64,000 bases of DNA, from the NCBI GenBank assembly GCA_001662655.1, contig KV460235.1. One strand, written 5' to 3'. The first letter of the stretch is position 1, and each line of letters starts with the position of its first letter. Position numbers and translations under genes: made by a program. Below the pieces are notes generated by a model, which saw only the letters and a program-made list of their open reading frames with translations, ran no database searches and was not told where the DNA came from. Positions 1 to 13,266 of the stretch are shown here, one piece after another. This stretch comes from Pseudogymnoascus verrucosus. Its lineage: Eukaryota.

Positions 1-595
1 AAGCTGGCGTGTAGAGTCTGAGTCAAGTCTCTGCACGCCAGCTTCCAGTCAAGTCTGGAAGTGACTATTAAATCGAGCTATTGCGGCGCTTGGAGTCTAG
101 TACACATCCCTGGCTGCGGTACCTGGTTTGAGACGCCTTTTGATCTGTGGGATTTTAAGGAGTTCGGTCGGTGGAGTAGCTAACATTTGGGAGACTCCAG
201 CCAATACCTTGCCTGCAGATGGAGAGCAAAGGATCTGTGGAATATCACAGGGGTATGTCCGTCGTGGGATTCTTCAGTGATAGCGAAATAAATGACAGAG
301 AAAGACCCTTCCATCCATACCCTTCAGTTGAGGAGCAAGGGAAAGAGCAATCACGGTCGTTCTTTCCATGAGTAGAGATTAAGGAGACTCAAACTGAGAT
401 CCGAGGGGCTTGGTTTGTGGAAACAACCACTGGCGGTTGGCGCCGAAACCTTAAATCGACCAGATCCTTTTAGTTGGGACGCCAATTTTGTAGTCCAGGT
501 GCTGCTAGAATTATGACGATGGAAAGTATCTAATAAACCATTTGTATCATTATCTCAGTTATACTCTATCGATCATTTTCAGCAGGCTGACATGC

Positions 596-2367
596 TCAGT
601 TAAGCCAAACACTGTCCATAGCACCAAATCCAGCAGCTACTCCGCCCTCTTCGCTCTGATCGCCCTTCGTTCTGAGCAAGTATCCTCCCCCCTCATTGCT
701 CAACACGTCACCAGTTTCCTGGTTCCAAAGGCAGGTGCCATACACGCCTAGCTCGCATATGACACCTCCCTTCTCCACCTCACCGTTACGTAAAATCAGG
801 TTCTGCACTGGCGGCGGCGTGATGATCTCCATTAGAATGTATGACTTCCAGTGAGACTCAGGCAGGGACCGAAGGAACCCTGGGATGGCAGAGCGATAGA
901 TGTTGTTCCCACCTCCCTCGCGCTGTGGTTTTAGCACGTATCCTTTGCACTTTTCCTCGTCCAGTGCCAGCTCTCGGGCTGAGAGGCCGGCTGGAGTTTG
1001 ATCGAGAGGATATATGTTGGTGAACGTTTCTTCAAGGCTGGTACGAGTCGTAGAATCGGGAATGAATTTTGAAAGGATGGAAGTCGCGGGGTTTTCAACT
1101 GGAGTAGCAAGGACTTGCTGAACTTTCTTTGCGCCAGCTAGCTGGGTCAGTATCGAGGGACACTTTATGGCATTTGAACGCTCTATGTGAAGGCGTGCTT
1201 CCCATGCTGCCTTATTTGGATAGTCCGACGGGCCGTAGGCTGATCGGAAATAGACAACAGCCACTTCATATACTTCAGAAGGTGAGTGAGGTGGCCGGTA
1301 GAGAAGCTCGCGGCGCGTGGTAGATTCCAAGGTGGTGTCTGCTAATATCCTGGAGAACGGAAGGCGGAACACCCGTACATTGTCAGAGTTCATTTCAATA
1401 TCATATTCTAGATGGCGCTGGTCGAATATATTTCTTTCTTGATCTTGGACAACGAAGAGGATGCAAGTCTGGTGCTTTGCGGCAGACTCTCCATAAGCTT
1501 TGAAGGCTGTACGGAGCCCTGAGCCAAGCGTCTCTGTGCTTGCATTTTCGGGCAAATTACGGCCATCTTTCAAGGTATCGTCAACAAGATCGCCGTACGC
1601 AGTTCGGGCCAAGTATCTTCTCGCCGTCAGTGATGGCCCTAGATGTTGGGGAAAGAGGGGCACAAATCCAACCTACCTGTGCAGCTTTGAAGTTTGCGAA
1701 GAGAGGCCACCAAAAGATGAGGCTATGGTGTTAAACTCGACTTGTTTGATATGCGGCGTCGAATTTGGTCTTTCAAGGTCTTGATGCACCATATAATCGG
1801 AGCGAAATAGCCCCAATGAAAGTTTCTTCAGCTAAATTAGAATCTTCATGGTTCTGAAAATAAGAAGCAAGGTACCTGGCTATATCCTTCCCCCTTCACC
1901 TTGAGATGAACTTTCCAAAGTTCAGCAATAAATTCGTCCACCTCTAAAATCCTGCTTCAGGTTAGGACCCGTGCAAAGTATAATTTCTAGCCAACGAATT
2001 GTCCGAAAGAATATGGTTCGGCCAGAGCAACCTTCTCAGCAACAAGGAATGGAACTCAATTCAAAATGGCTTACTCTTCTACAATACTCGCCAAAAACCC
2101 CTCATCCCGAGAAATCGAAGCATAAAGCCCATTATATGCTGTCTGCACAGAGCTAGCCTGCTTAAAGCAGACTTGGGGAAATGGACTGGGCAATAACGTG
2201 ACTGGCGCAGTTGTTGCCAAAATGCCATGAGGGTCTGACTCCGAAGCAACAAGAGCCGGCGGAGGCCTCACAGCCAGTCCATGTGCAATTGACCAGTCTT
2301 TAACCAGCGTAGTAATGTGTGCAATCTGTTCCGGCGTCGGCTCTCGACGGTATGATTTGTAGACCAT
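596..2367 (-). CDS. GSH2: Glutathione synthetase (eukaryotic type), multi-exon
   Basis: ORFs 2071..2367 (APVTLLPSPFP) and 596..1663 (KQVEFNTIASSFGG just upstream in frame; VLKPQREGGGNN; SEEGGVAAGFG) carry eukaryotic GSH synthase motifs. The pieces are separated by GT-AG introns. Confidence 0.93.
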
Positions 2368-3126
2368 CGTTTAAATCAGCGCAAAACCCGGCTCGTTGAA
2401 GCTGTAGTGGAAAGCAACTGTTTGAAGGAAATAACTTCAAAGTGAAATTGAAGTGAAATTGAAGTCAAATCCAGGTAATGTTGTATGAATAGATAAATAA
2501 ATAGCATGCATTTGTAATCACACGGATCGATTGTGTGAGAGAGAGATATTCTAGGCTTAGAAGTAAACCAATGTGACTAAGCGCGGTTGAAATATTTCCC
2601 CGAACTTCCGCCCCTCTGCCCCTCCCCCTCCTCCCCACGATCGCCCGACCACCTGACAACGCGATCAAAAGATTGCGATAAGGACGTTCCACAAGCAAAC
2701 GGGCGCGACCCCAAAATTGACAACTCACAACTCATCTTCCTTCTCCGTTCCAATGTTCATGTCTAGCAAACAATTCTACGAGGTTACCTTGAAGTCGCTT
2801 CAATTCGAATTGTTTCCCTTCTTTTCTGTTTTGTTTTCTTACGTTGTTCTATTTCTCCTTCCCTCTCGACGAACACCACCTCGTCGAACGCCAAGCAAGG
2901 CGAATCCTCCACACAGCTTCGATCTCATTGACAATTACTCTCATCCAAGTCGACCGTGCCTGCGAACTTCTTCTGGTCTAATTTACGTGTTCAATACAAA
3001 CAAGTGAGCCTTACCTTTCTTCTTTTTCCTCGAGGATCTATCCAATCTGCCTGAACGAGTGTGGCGCATGATGGGTACTAACCTCCCCACGTCAAACTAT
3101 TCAGTGAAACGACGCTGTGGACCCAA

Positions 3127-6100
3127 ATGGCTAACGATGTTGATATAGTAGGCCAGAATCGGCGAGCCGTATCGAACTGGCTCACATCCGTTAAGTCACC
3201 ACAGCGACCGGACACATGCTCATACAACGAGTTCACCGACACAATGTCCACCATGGGCGAGGAAGATCCATGGACATGGGACACTGATCGAGTTGTCCAG
3301 GAGCTATGCACAGAAAATCGAACTTGGCCTCCCCTGTCTGCAACACAAGCCTTACCGGATGCAACAAAACTCGAGTTCGACTTGCGCCAACATGAAATAG
3401 ATGGCTTTTGGTTGTTGACTGCGATCACCCATCAGACATTGAGAGATGACTTTGGCCTTGTAGGCGCTCGTTCTATAAAATACCGGGGTACAATACTTCA
3501 TGCGATATCTCACTTCCGAGGAAAGAGTCAGGAATACGCTCGTCACGCGCAGCAACATGGACTACAGTCGAGACCCGATGGTGGAGATTTCAGAGAACCT
3601 GAAAGATCTGTCACCACAAGCAAGGCTTATACCGGTTTGCCTACAGAGGATGGTGTGTTGCCGGAAGCCCCCGGTGCAAACCAGATAGCTACAAAGGAAC
3701 CCCCGCAGGTAAATCCGAAATCTCATTCGCCCGTGCCGATTGTGCCTCAAAATGGCCTTGTACCAACTCCAGTTGACGCCGATGACGGCTGTCGATCGCA
3801 GTTGCATTCCGAAGAACTGGCTCCAATTGGCAATGGAAAGCAAAGAAAGCGTCTAGCGCCAACGTTGATTTCCCAATCAATCGATCCCGAGCGTCGCAGG
3901 GAGATCCCAACTGCTGCAGACAACGTTCGGATTTATGACCCTCAAAATTTGGAACCAGGAGTTGTATTTACGGGTGACGATGGGAGGAAGCGCATGGTCC
4001 CAGTACCCCAACCAGGCCACGACGGGATAGTTCCACTTATATTCCGCCCACCTGAGCTGGCTCCGCCTGGCGCTGTGACTTCCATGATATCGGGTGGGGT
4101 TAACGCTCTCGAGGCAGCTAAGAAGCTGGAACATGAAGCCGAGTCAAAGAACCGCTTACAAAAAAAGTCTACTGCGAGTCTAGCAGATGGTTATCTTGGC
4201 AAGAAAAGCCTACCCGTGGACAACGTTTTTTATTCTGGAGTCCCGATCGGAAAAGAAGTTCCTTTGGCAGATGGCGGCGAAGGTGACTTTTGCCAGTCAT
4301 ACGCAGATATATCAACAGGCCGACGTCTATACGTCAACAAAAGGATGAGCTTTCTTCTACGTTCGCAAGCTGTCGACTTTCGCCGACATGGGAAGGGCTT
4401 CACGGCGGTGATTCCCTACCCTCCAAGACTAAAGCCGAGGTTTCAAACCCCTTCATTCTCGCTATTTCATACAACACCAAATGGCAACGTTATAACTACG
4501 AGAGAAGCCCTAACATCATGGCCTGAGTTGAATTTGGAACAACAAAAACCGTCGGCGTCAAGTCATGGTGAGGAGCGCGAGCGGTTTTTAAGTTTCAATT
4601 TGCCAGAAAACATGGCCTTGGGTGGCCCATCGTCATATGACTATTGGGATCCGGAGGTCGCACTCGAGAAATATCACCACATTGATGGAGGAGATGAAGT
4701 GCTTCCGCTTTTTGGTGAATCTGATGAGGATGGTGAATATGATATTGAGACTTGGCGTGAGATTGAGGAGGAACGAGGTACCCAAGAAAAAGCCTCGGTT
4801 GTATCACAGAGGCACCCTCTAACCAGTGAGGAAGTCAGTGAGGCAATTGATCAGGGCATGGCTCTGCTTCATACCAAATGGCACAACGAGCAGCTTCCTA
4901 AACGGCAGCCGAAAGCGTGGAGTATTTGGCAAAAGTCTCGAACCCGCAATACCAGGAGAGAGAAAGTCAATGCGGCTCAGAAACACCTTGATCGGATTGT
5001 GAATGACAGACTGGTCAAAATGCGCCAGGAAATTATAAATGACCAGTGGACTACGCAGAAGCAAGTTCATAGGCAGTGCCAAATTATGGAACAGAGCATT
5101 TTCGACCGCGAAGACCTTCTGTGGCAAATATCAGTTCTGGAGCAGACGAAACCACCTGCAAAGCCATCTCCACCAAATTTGTCTGCCCCGAAATCTAAAA
5201 AAACCACGGTCCAACAGCTTTACTTGGGAGCTGATGAAGAGATTATCGATGCTGGGAGCGACTCAGCAAGTTCTGGCGATGAAATGGAAGGATTTATTGT
5301 CAGTGACGAAGAGAGTGCGCGCAGTGACGCGAATGAACTAGTCACAGAGTCTGATGATTCGGAATTTCGGAGGAGCATCAAAAAGGGGGCTACACGTCGT
5401 CTTCAAAACTATGGAGACGTCGCTCCGTCTGTTGAATGCGGTGCTGTGGATGATACCCCGATGAGTGGCAATGCTGATGAGGTCAGCGATATCGACCACA
5501 AGCTGTCCAGTCAAAATCTGCCTCCCAGCTCCCCGTTGTCGTCCCCGCAGACCCCAGCCTCGTCGCGCCTCCGGCATGGCGCCTCTGTGGATGAAAGCTC
5601 TGCCAATTTTGTCGATTTGACTTTCCTCTCAGATTCTCCAGAAATCATCGATCTCGTTACTCCATCCAAATCCCGGCAGAAAACTGCTGTGGGTGTGTCA
5701 TCACTAGGAAGCAATACTCCGAAAGCGAGATCTTCCAATATAGAGGGGAGCCAAACTTCGGAGTCTGGTGCCCAGTTAGATGCTGAAAAATCACTGGTAG
5801 TGAATAAACCGCCAAAAAACATTCCATATGATAAACCAGCCCTCATTGCCTCATATGGTTATAAGGCGTGGGAGGAAGAAAACGACCCGGCACGCCTAGT
5901 GATTACGGTTCTCCACAATATGCCTAAAGAAGGAAGAACAAGCATTTGTGAATTACTCTCTGCTCACAGTCCAGATGAACTTTGGACCCAGACTATCGAT
6001 GTTATGCGAGAATGCCGTGACGGAAAAGATAAGCTTAGAGGAATGGACGCGACGACTTTCTGTATCTTCACGGGTGTGATCCGGCTTTTCGAAATGTATG

Positions 6101-9100
6101 TCGATTGCAAAAAAAGAAACAACAGAACAGATCGTCTGGCGCCGAAAACCTGTCAGAAGCTGATAGACAATATACCGAAGTTTAGGCCCTTTACTCGAGC
6201 ATGTCTTGCGGCGGTAGAGGCGTATATCGATGTAACGGCACCCTTGGCTGACGACGACTACGACGACGATGACGAAGAGCCATTGTTGCGCACAAAAAGA
6301 AGTCTAGTCACACGCCCCATTCTTAGTGATGAAGAACAGCTGGAAACCCCAAGAAAACGCCAACGTAAAATCTTCGAGAACGTTGAGGCCCGCAAGTTAA
6401 GAGAAGACGACCAGATGCGACTACAAGAGCAAGAAGGTCGCCGCCAAATTCTTCGTAAAAAATTGGCCCAATCTGGTTCGTCACTAAATTCAGATCGAGC
6501 AAAAATCATTATCAATGAGTCAAAGTATGAAGACGAGGGCTTCATTTTCGTCCACGATCATATTGGCAGCCGAATCAAAAACCATCAGATTTATGGCGTC
6601 CGATTTATGTGGAGCCAGATTGTCACAAGAGACAAAGATGGCGCATCGCAGGGATGTCTCCTGGCTCATACAATGGGCTTGGGAAAAACAATGCAAGTCA
6701 TTACATTACTCGTTGCCATCGCCGAGGCTGCATGCTCCGACGACTTGTCTGTGTCCTCCCAGATTCCTGACAGGCTAAAGCGCTCAAGAACTCTGATACT
6801 CTCCCCACCTGGACTCATGGATAACTGGATGGACGAGCTGCTCACTTGGGTGCCAGAAAAGGATGTGGGCCCGAAAATTGGGAGGTTTCGAAAGGTCGAC
6901 TCCAATATGAAGATTGACCAGCGCTTGGCCGAAATTGACTTGTGGTATAAAAATGGAGGCATTCTTCTGCTCGGCTTTGAAATGTTTAGAAATATCCTGA
7001 ACATGGGTCCAGCAGAGGACAAAAAGCCGATCATAGACCAGGCTACCTTCGAAGTCGTTGAAGAACAGCTCCTCAAAGGGCCAAATATCATCATTGCGGA
7101 CGAAGCTCACAAGCTTAAAAATACAAATTCCGCGCTTACAGTCGCTGCGACTCGGTTCGAATCGAAAAGCCGCATCGCATTAACTGGGTCACCCCTTTCT
7201 AACAATGTTGAGGAGTACCATTCGATGATTGAATGGATCGCACCCAATTACCTTGGCCCTGTCGTTGAATTCCGCGCGAAATTTGTCGAGCCTATTGAAG
7301 AGGGCCTCTACGGAAACAGTACGATTGCTGAACGTCGACGGGCGTTGAAGATGCTAGAAGTCTTGAAGGAAGATATTTCCCCCAAGGTCAACAGGGCCGA
7401 TTCATCAGTCTTGAAAAACGACTTGAAACCGAAGATAGAGTTCATTATTACGGTCCCCTTGACTGACTTACAACACAAGGCTTACACCATCTACGTGAAA
7501 GCAATGCTTGGGTCTCCGCTAGATGAAAACCAATTCACTCAGAGTGGAAAAATACGCCAAACTACTCTTTGGTCTTGGATTGGAATATTGGCCCTCCTCT
7601 GCAACCACCCGATATGCTTCAAAAATAAGCTGACCGAACGAAAAAACAAAGTCTCAAATGGCGATTCGGATGGGGATATTGCTGTTCCTAGCGACATCTC
7701 GCAGGCTCTGATTAGTGAGGTCGCGGATCTCTTCGGCGGCTATGGACCAGGAACGGAAAACGTAAACAATTCATACAAGACAAAAATCCTGGTTCAAATT
7801 CTGGATGCTTCCAGGGAAGTCGGAGACAAAGTTCTTATATTCTCCACAACAATTGCAACTCTTGACTATCTGGAAAATCTCTGCAAACTATCGAAGCGAA
7901 ACTATGGTCGACTTGATGGAACCACACCAATGGCGAAGCGCCAGGGACTCACCAAGGAATTCAACATTGGAGATACTGAGGTATACCTCATTTCCACCAC
8001 GGCTGGCGGCTTAGGGCTTAATCTCTATGGAGCTAACCGTGTCATTATCTTCGACTTCAAATGGAATCCAATCAATGAAGAACAAGCAGTTGGCCGTGCA
8101 TACAGGCTTGGCCAAAAGAAACCCGTCTATGTCTATCGTTTTATTGCAGGCGGAACTTTCGAGGAGAAGCTTCACAATAAAGCTGTCTTCAAAAAACAAT
8201 TAGCTTCGCAATTGGTTGATAAGCAGCATATTTTCGCTGTGGCGAAGCGTGAAAAGGGTGAATTCTTGTTTAGGCCCAAACACGTCGAGCAAAAGGATCT
8301 GGCTAATGTCAGAGGAATGGACCCATCTGTACTTGACAAGATCTTGGATTCTCAGGCCGATACACCTAGCATTCGACACATCATCATGACAGATACTTTC
8401 AATCGCAAAGGCGATGACAACCTTACTCCAGAAGAACGAAAGGAAGTTCGGCAGCTCCTTCAAGATGAAAAGTTGAAGCGCTCAGACCCTGCCGCATGGC
8501 AGGCACTGGTCATTCAGCGATTAGGTATGGAGAGAAGCAGAAATGAGGCTCTGTTTCAAAACACAGTTTCTGGACAATTCCCGACGGTATTACACGGTCA
8601 AAGCGGTCAAGCTCACCATCTGACCCCTCGAATGGTCCCACCGCCTTCTCAGCAGCCGGGTGCAGCCACTCCTAAATCTACGGATACAAACCGTAATGAT
8701 TCCCCATCTCGACCGCGTACCCCAAGACCGGCAGTACCATCCTCTCAAGCGCCACGCACACCTGGTCGGCCTCCTATCATGGGAAGTGGGACAATGTCCA
8801 TCGCAGAAGATTCACAACAGCGGGCACGAGCACCAGTCTCTCCCGTTAGATCTTTGAAGGAACCAGGTCCAGTGAAGAATGCGGGTGGTAGATCTCACTT
8901 GCCGTTACCTAGCACCCCCAGTACTTCTCGGCATACACAACCGCGTCAGCCACTAGGTTCTCAGAATCTCATCCACAACCTCGAGCTGTCCTTGAAGCAA
9001 CGCGGCCATAGCCAAGAGCAAGCTTCTGAAGGCCCCGCAGCTTCGATTTATGAATACCTTCAACTATCAACTGGCGATAACAACGACTTGTTGACATCGA

Positions 9101-9720
9101 GAATCAAGGAAATAACCGCCTATATTAAGAGCGACACTGGTTTCCGAGACAGGGTTGTCTCTCGTGCTTTAGACGCTAAACGGGCTATAAAGACTGTGTT
9201 TGGTGATAATATCGATTCGTCAAATTCTACACCTCAAGTACATGGAAATGGAAATGGGACTCTCACTGGGATCGCTCCAGAGTCGTCATCCAGTAACGGC
9301 TCACCAAAGCCGCCAACTGCCACAGCTTCCAATACGGCCGCAACAATGGGTGGATTATTGAAATCAAAAGTAGGCCAAACGTCAATCATTTCTTCGGCCG
9401 AACAGTCAAGAGATGTCCAACTCCAAAACCAGCCCATTCCAAAGTCCCTTTCCCGCTTCGGCAGCAGTTTCTCCCCGGGTCCTCGAACTGACACAGACTA
9501 GAAGCCCAAGGGGTCAAAATCTCATGCTGCCTCTGATAGAAAATACCTCGCACACATCAACGCTTCTCGCAGATCCGCAAGAAACTCACCTGCCTCTTCA
9601 GGCCCAGCGTCTCGGGTTCCCAAAAAATTACCCGATTGGGCTGAAAGGGACATCCAAGAAGCTCATCTTCGAGGCCCCAAACAGCGACGAACTCCTCGCG
9701 CAAACTCAAACACACCATAG
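3127..9720 (+). CDS. SNF2-family ATPase of the ATRX/ARIP4 (Rad54-like) group, probable SAD-6/ATRX-type; N-terminal SAM-like segment
   Basis: 2124-aa ORF with GCLLAHTMGLGKTMQ (motif I), DEAH (motif II), LTGSPLSNN, GLGLNL and QAVGRAYRLGQ. A probable terminal intron 9370..9501 (GTAGGC...CTGAC...TAG) joins an in-frame last exon (KPKGSKS...NSNTP*) that ends at 9720. The start could also be ATG 3244. Confidence 0.85.
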
Positions 9721-10466
9721 ACCTTTTCAATTTTTCTACTTTTCGCTTTTACATCGCATTCAGGTTACGCATATTCAAATCTCGTTATTACTGGGGCGTT
9801 CGGTCGCGCATTCGGCGTTTTGCATTTTCGTGGGACATGGTCGCAATTTCACATCTCAAGATACCCTAGCCTTCTGGCCTACATGTTCCCGCTCCGGCGT
9901 TGCGGAACGGATATTATATTTTCACGGATTTGCTAAGCGGGTACCAGTCACAGACAGTTTCTGCTCGAAGAAACATGGCTTTTGTGTGAAATTGGGGCGG
10001 GAGAGCTTTTTCTTATAGCTTGCTCAATAGAAATAGAAATCGGAACGCCGCTCATCAAATATGCAAAAGTCTGATATTACGTGACCAAGTCTAGGCTGTT
10101 GAGTGAATCGTTGACAATTGTATTGCCTGGATTGTTATTGAAATGACAGTTAGACCTGCTGTGCACAAGCATGGTAATACTGCACTATTAACCTAACATC
10201 TCAAGGTGGCCACACCTCCTGCGAGTCTTCGTCTTGGCCATATCATCTACACTCACCATATCCACCATTGCACAGCACGACCAGGACTATATGAGATGAC
10301 TACAAAGTCTTTTACAGTTGATTGATACCATTTAATAAAAGCGTATATTCAGATCCAATTTCGCTACAATTTTCATCTACAAGTGTTGAATTCCATCCCC
10401 TCTCGCACCTCGCGCCGACCTTGTAAAATAATCCAAATTTTTGTGCTGCCCGATAGCATCTATGGT

Positions 10467-12261
10467 TTAATACAGAATACGGGTCAGGATGCGAGCTGAT
10501 AAGGTTAGTCCATGAAACGATAAGTTTAACTCATTATTCGAAGAAACTTACACTGCAGGCCTTCTAACGCATCAGAAATCTCCTTGATATCATTCAGGTT
10601 GACATTGCTGATATCGGCCATTAGGTAGGCAACCTATTCACATTCAGGTTAGTATGTGTCCGGTACAGAGTACAGAACAGCGGCTTACATCGCCCTTATT
10701 ATCAGATATTTGCTTGTCAACGTTGTGGTCTCCCAAGATCGCATTGACTGAGGAAATGTCAGTGCGTTACTCAAAGTTGATTCCTGGGGGGCCTTACCTT
10801 TCCTCAGCACACCGGGGACGTTGTGATGGATATAGATGACCTATTTCGTCAGCAACTTGAGTCAATGTAATTGGCATTGGTATCTTACTCTAGCATGGTT
10901 TGGCTCGTCCAAGGTCAATGAACGAAGGTTGACTTCGGGCAAGTTCACGGCACCCAACGTCACACCCTGGTTGACGTATCTGACAAGGGCGTCGGCGACT
11001 GCGTTATATAATTAGTCAACCAATACAACGAGCTCTGGATTTATGTTACCGACCTTCAACTCCAATTGCCCGCTGGGCTTCTTCAGTGCTTCCTCCGATG
11101 TGCGGGGTAAGAATGATGTTCTTTAGCGACCTCAAGTCCTCGGTCCAAGCGTTCAAATTGTTTGTAAAGTAGTCGCCATTCGCAGCTGGCTCAGTGGGGT
11201 ACACGTCCAAAGCGGCACCAGCAACCTTTCCGTTGCGCATTGCGTTGATGAGAGCAGGGATATCAATAACAGAGCCACGGCTTGCATTGATCAAGTAGCT
11301 CCCAGTCTTCATCTTCTCGAACTGTCTGACGCTGATAAGATTTGTGGTCTCTGGCAGCTCAGGTACGTGGCAAGTGACAAAATCGGCCTGCTCCAACAGT
11401 GCATCCAGGGTAGGGACCTGCTTTGCTGTGCCCATCCCCATCAAACTGAGGACGTCGTAATAGATGACGGACATGCCCATGGCCTCTGCCAGAACCGACA
11501 ACTGTGATCCAATGTGACCGTAGCCAATTATACCTGTGACGGGTTAGATGTGTCTGGAAAGTCAAGAATTTATGCCCATACCCAGAGTCTTGCCACGAAT
11601 TTCCCAGCATTTGTTGCTCACTTTGTTCCAGGTGCCGTTGTGCAACTCGTTCGAGCGGTCTCCCAGTTGGCGGGCCAAGGAGATGATTTCTCCAATGACA
11701 AGTTCCGCAACACTTCGCGAGTTTGCGAAAGGGGAGTTGAAGACTGCAATACCGTGTCTCGCGGCATATTCGAGATCGACCTGGTTTGTTCCGATGCAGA
11801 AGCAGCCGATGACAATCAAGTTCTTGGCTTCCCGAAGAACCGCCTCCGTGAGCTTTGTTTTCGATCTAATACCGATAACATGGACGTTACTATCCTCGCA
11901 GATGAGTTAGCAAGGTGCAGTTGCCATTTGGGGCCGTGGTTACTCGCCGAATCTTCTCGATCAGTTGGTCCTCGGGCAACGAAGTCTTAATGGCCTCGAC
12001 TTGGTACCCTTGACTCTCCAGAATGGAAATTCCAGTTTCGTTCACATTTTCCAGGAGTAAAATCTTGACATCCTGGGTATCGAATGGCTTCAATGGCTTT
12101 GCTGCGCTGGCTGCCCGTTTCGCCTGCAGGGCGCCAAAGCTTGATGACGGCGACTGGAACTGGAACGTCGCAGATGGCGACGTAGAGACGCTGTGGCTGG
12201 CAGTGATTGACTTGTTGAGTTTGTCCGAAGGGACCACAATGTTCTGAGCAGGAGTCGCCAT
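10467..12261 (-). CDS. SER3: D-3-phosphoglycerate dehydrogenase with C-terminal ACT domain, multi-exon
   Basis: Exons encode KILLLENVN, GCFCIGTNQVDL, NSPFANSRSVAE, INASRG and LTPHIGGSTEEAQ. The last exon ends RILTRILY*. Confidence 0.93.
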
Positions 12262-12680
12262 GGTGAATGGTATATTTGAAAGCTTAGGTGAAATATACAA
12301 AAAAGAAAGAAGGGAAAGGCGGGTTGTGGTTGTGGTTGTGACTCTACCACCCAAATATTTTTACGACGAGTCGGTCCGCAATCGCAGTCGCGTCATACGC
12401 CCAGGAAACCCCTCGCTCAGCCCCGCCCCTGGTCTACAAAAGCCTTTCCCGGATAAACTGAGCTAGTTTGTGCGCATAGTTTATAGTTTGATGAGAAGAA
12501 AATGGCTATAAATTAATATAATTGCTACTATTGAATTCTATTCTTTTGTTACGGCTGTAAGATTCTGAATAGTCGCATTGCGATTACAGAGGCCAACAAA
12601 AGATGTGGTGTGGAGAGGAGAGGAGGGGTATGGCGGGGTTATGGAGATAGCAGAGCGGTTCCCTGTAGCTTTTCGACTTC

Positions 12681-12730
12681 CAAGATCTCACGAAGTCGAT
12701 CTCAGGTGAGATCGACTTCGTGAGGTCTTG
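12681..12730. repeat. 50-bp near-perfect inverted repeat (24-bp arms, 2-nt spacer)
   Basis: CAAGATCTCACGAAGTCGATCTCA-GG-TGAGATCGACTTCGTGAGGTCTTG; one mismatch, which is T.G wobble-compatible. Confidence 0.9.
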
Positions 12731-13266
12731 CCACACACAATATTATTCACACAGTATTATTCGGCCACCTGCTTCAGCGCTTTCGTCGCATTTACTCTAT
12801 TATAAAAGTCAAACCTCCCAGTAATAAGTCCTCTCATATATTACGCGACAATGTTCAAATAATGTGTCCTTGGCAAAAAAGCATAGACGTCAAAAGGCAA
12901 GTATTTACTTTTATCAGATCGATCGCTAGCTACAAACTTTTCTTTGACTCGAGGAGTAGCAGCTGGACTAGTTGGTAACAGATGTATCTTTGAATAATCA
13001 AAGCATTTTGATGTTTCGTTAATAAAGTTGCTGAGTTTGGTAGCGTATTAAAATCTAGCGGTAACGAAACCAAAACTAAATCTCCAGTAAAACAAACACC
13101 TATGCAAATTCTCAATCCATAATTACTGCAAGGCCTCATGCGGAACGTCCATTATAATGGGCTGGGGCTCTGACGCTGACTCTGTCCTGCTCTGGGCGGT
13201 AACTAGGTGGCGGGGGTGTGCCATTGCTGTTTTGTAGTATTCCAACCAGGTGAGATATCAGTCGAT

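Noticed and set aside
2440..2470. Short tandem repeat AAGTGAAATTG x2-3 upstream of GSH2 (and AATAAAT repeats near 22310-22335)
   Set aside because: Ordinary slippage repeats in UTR or promoter DNA with no supportable function.
9413..10018. 201-aa + strand ORF overlapping the end of the SNF2 gene
   Set aside because: It overlaps the predicted intron and last exon in another frame and runs into T-rich 3' UTR-like sequence; no recognisable motif.
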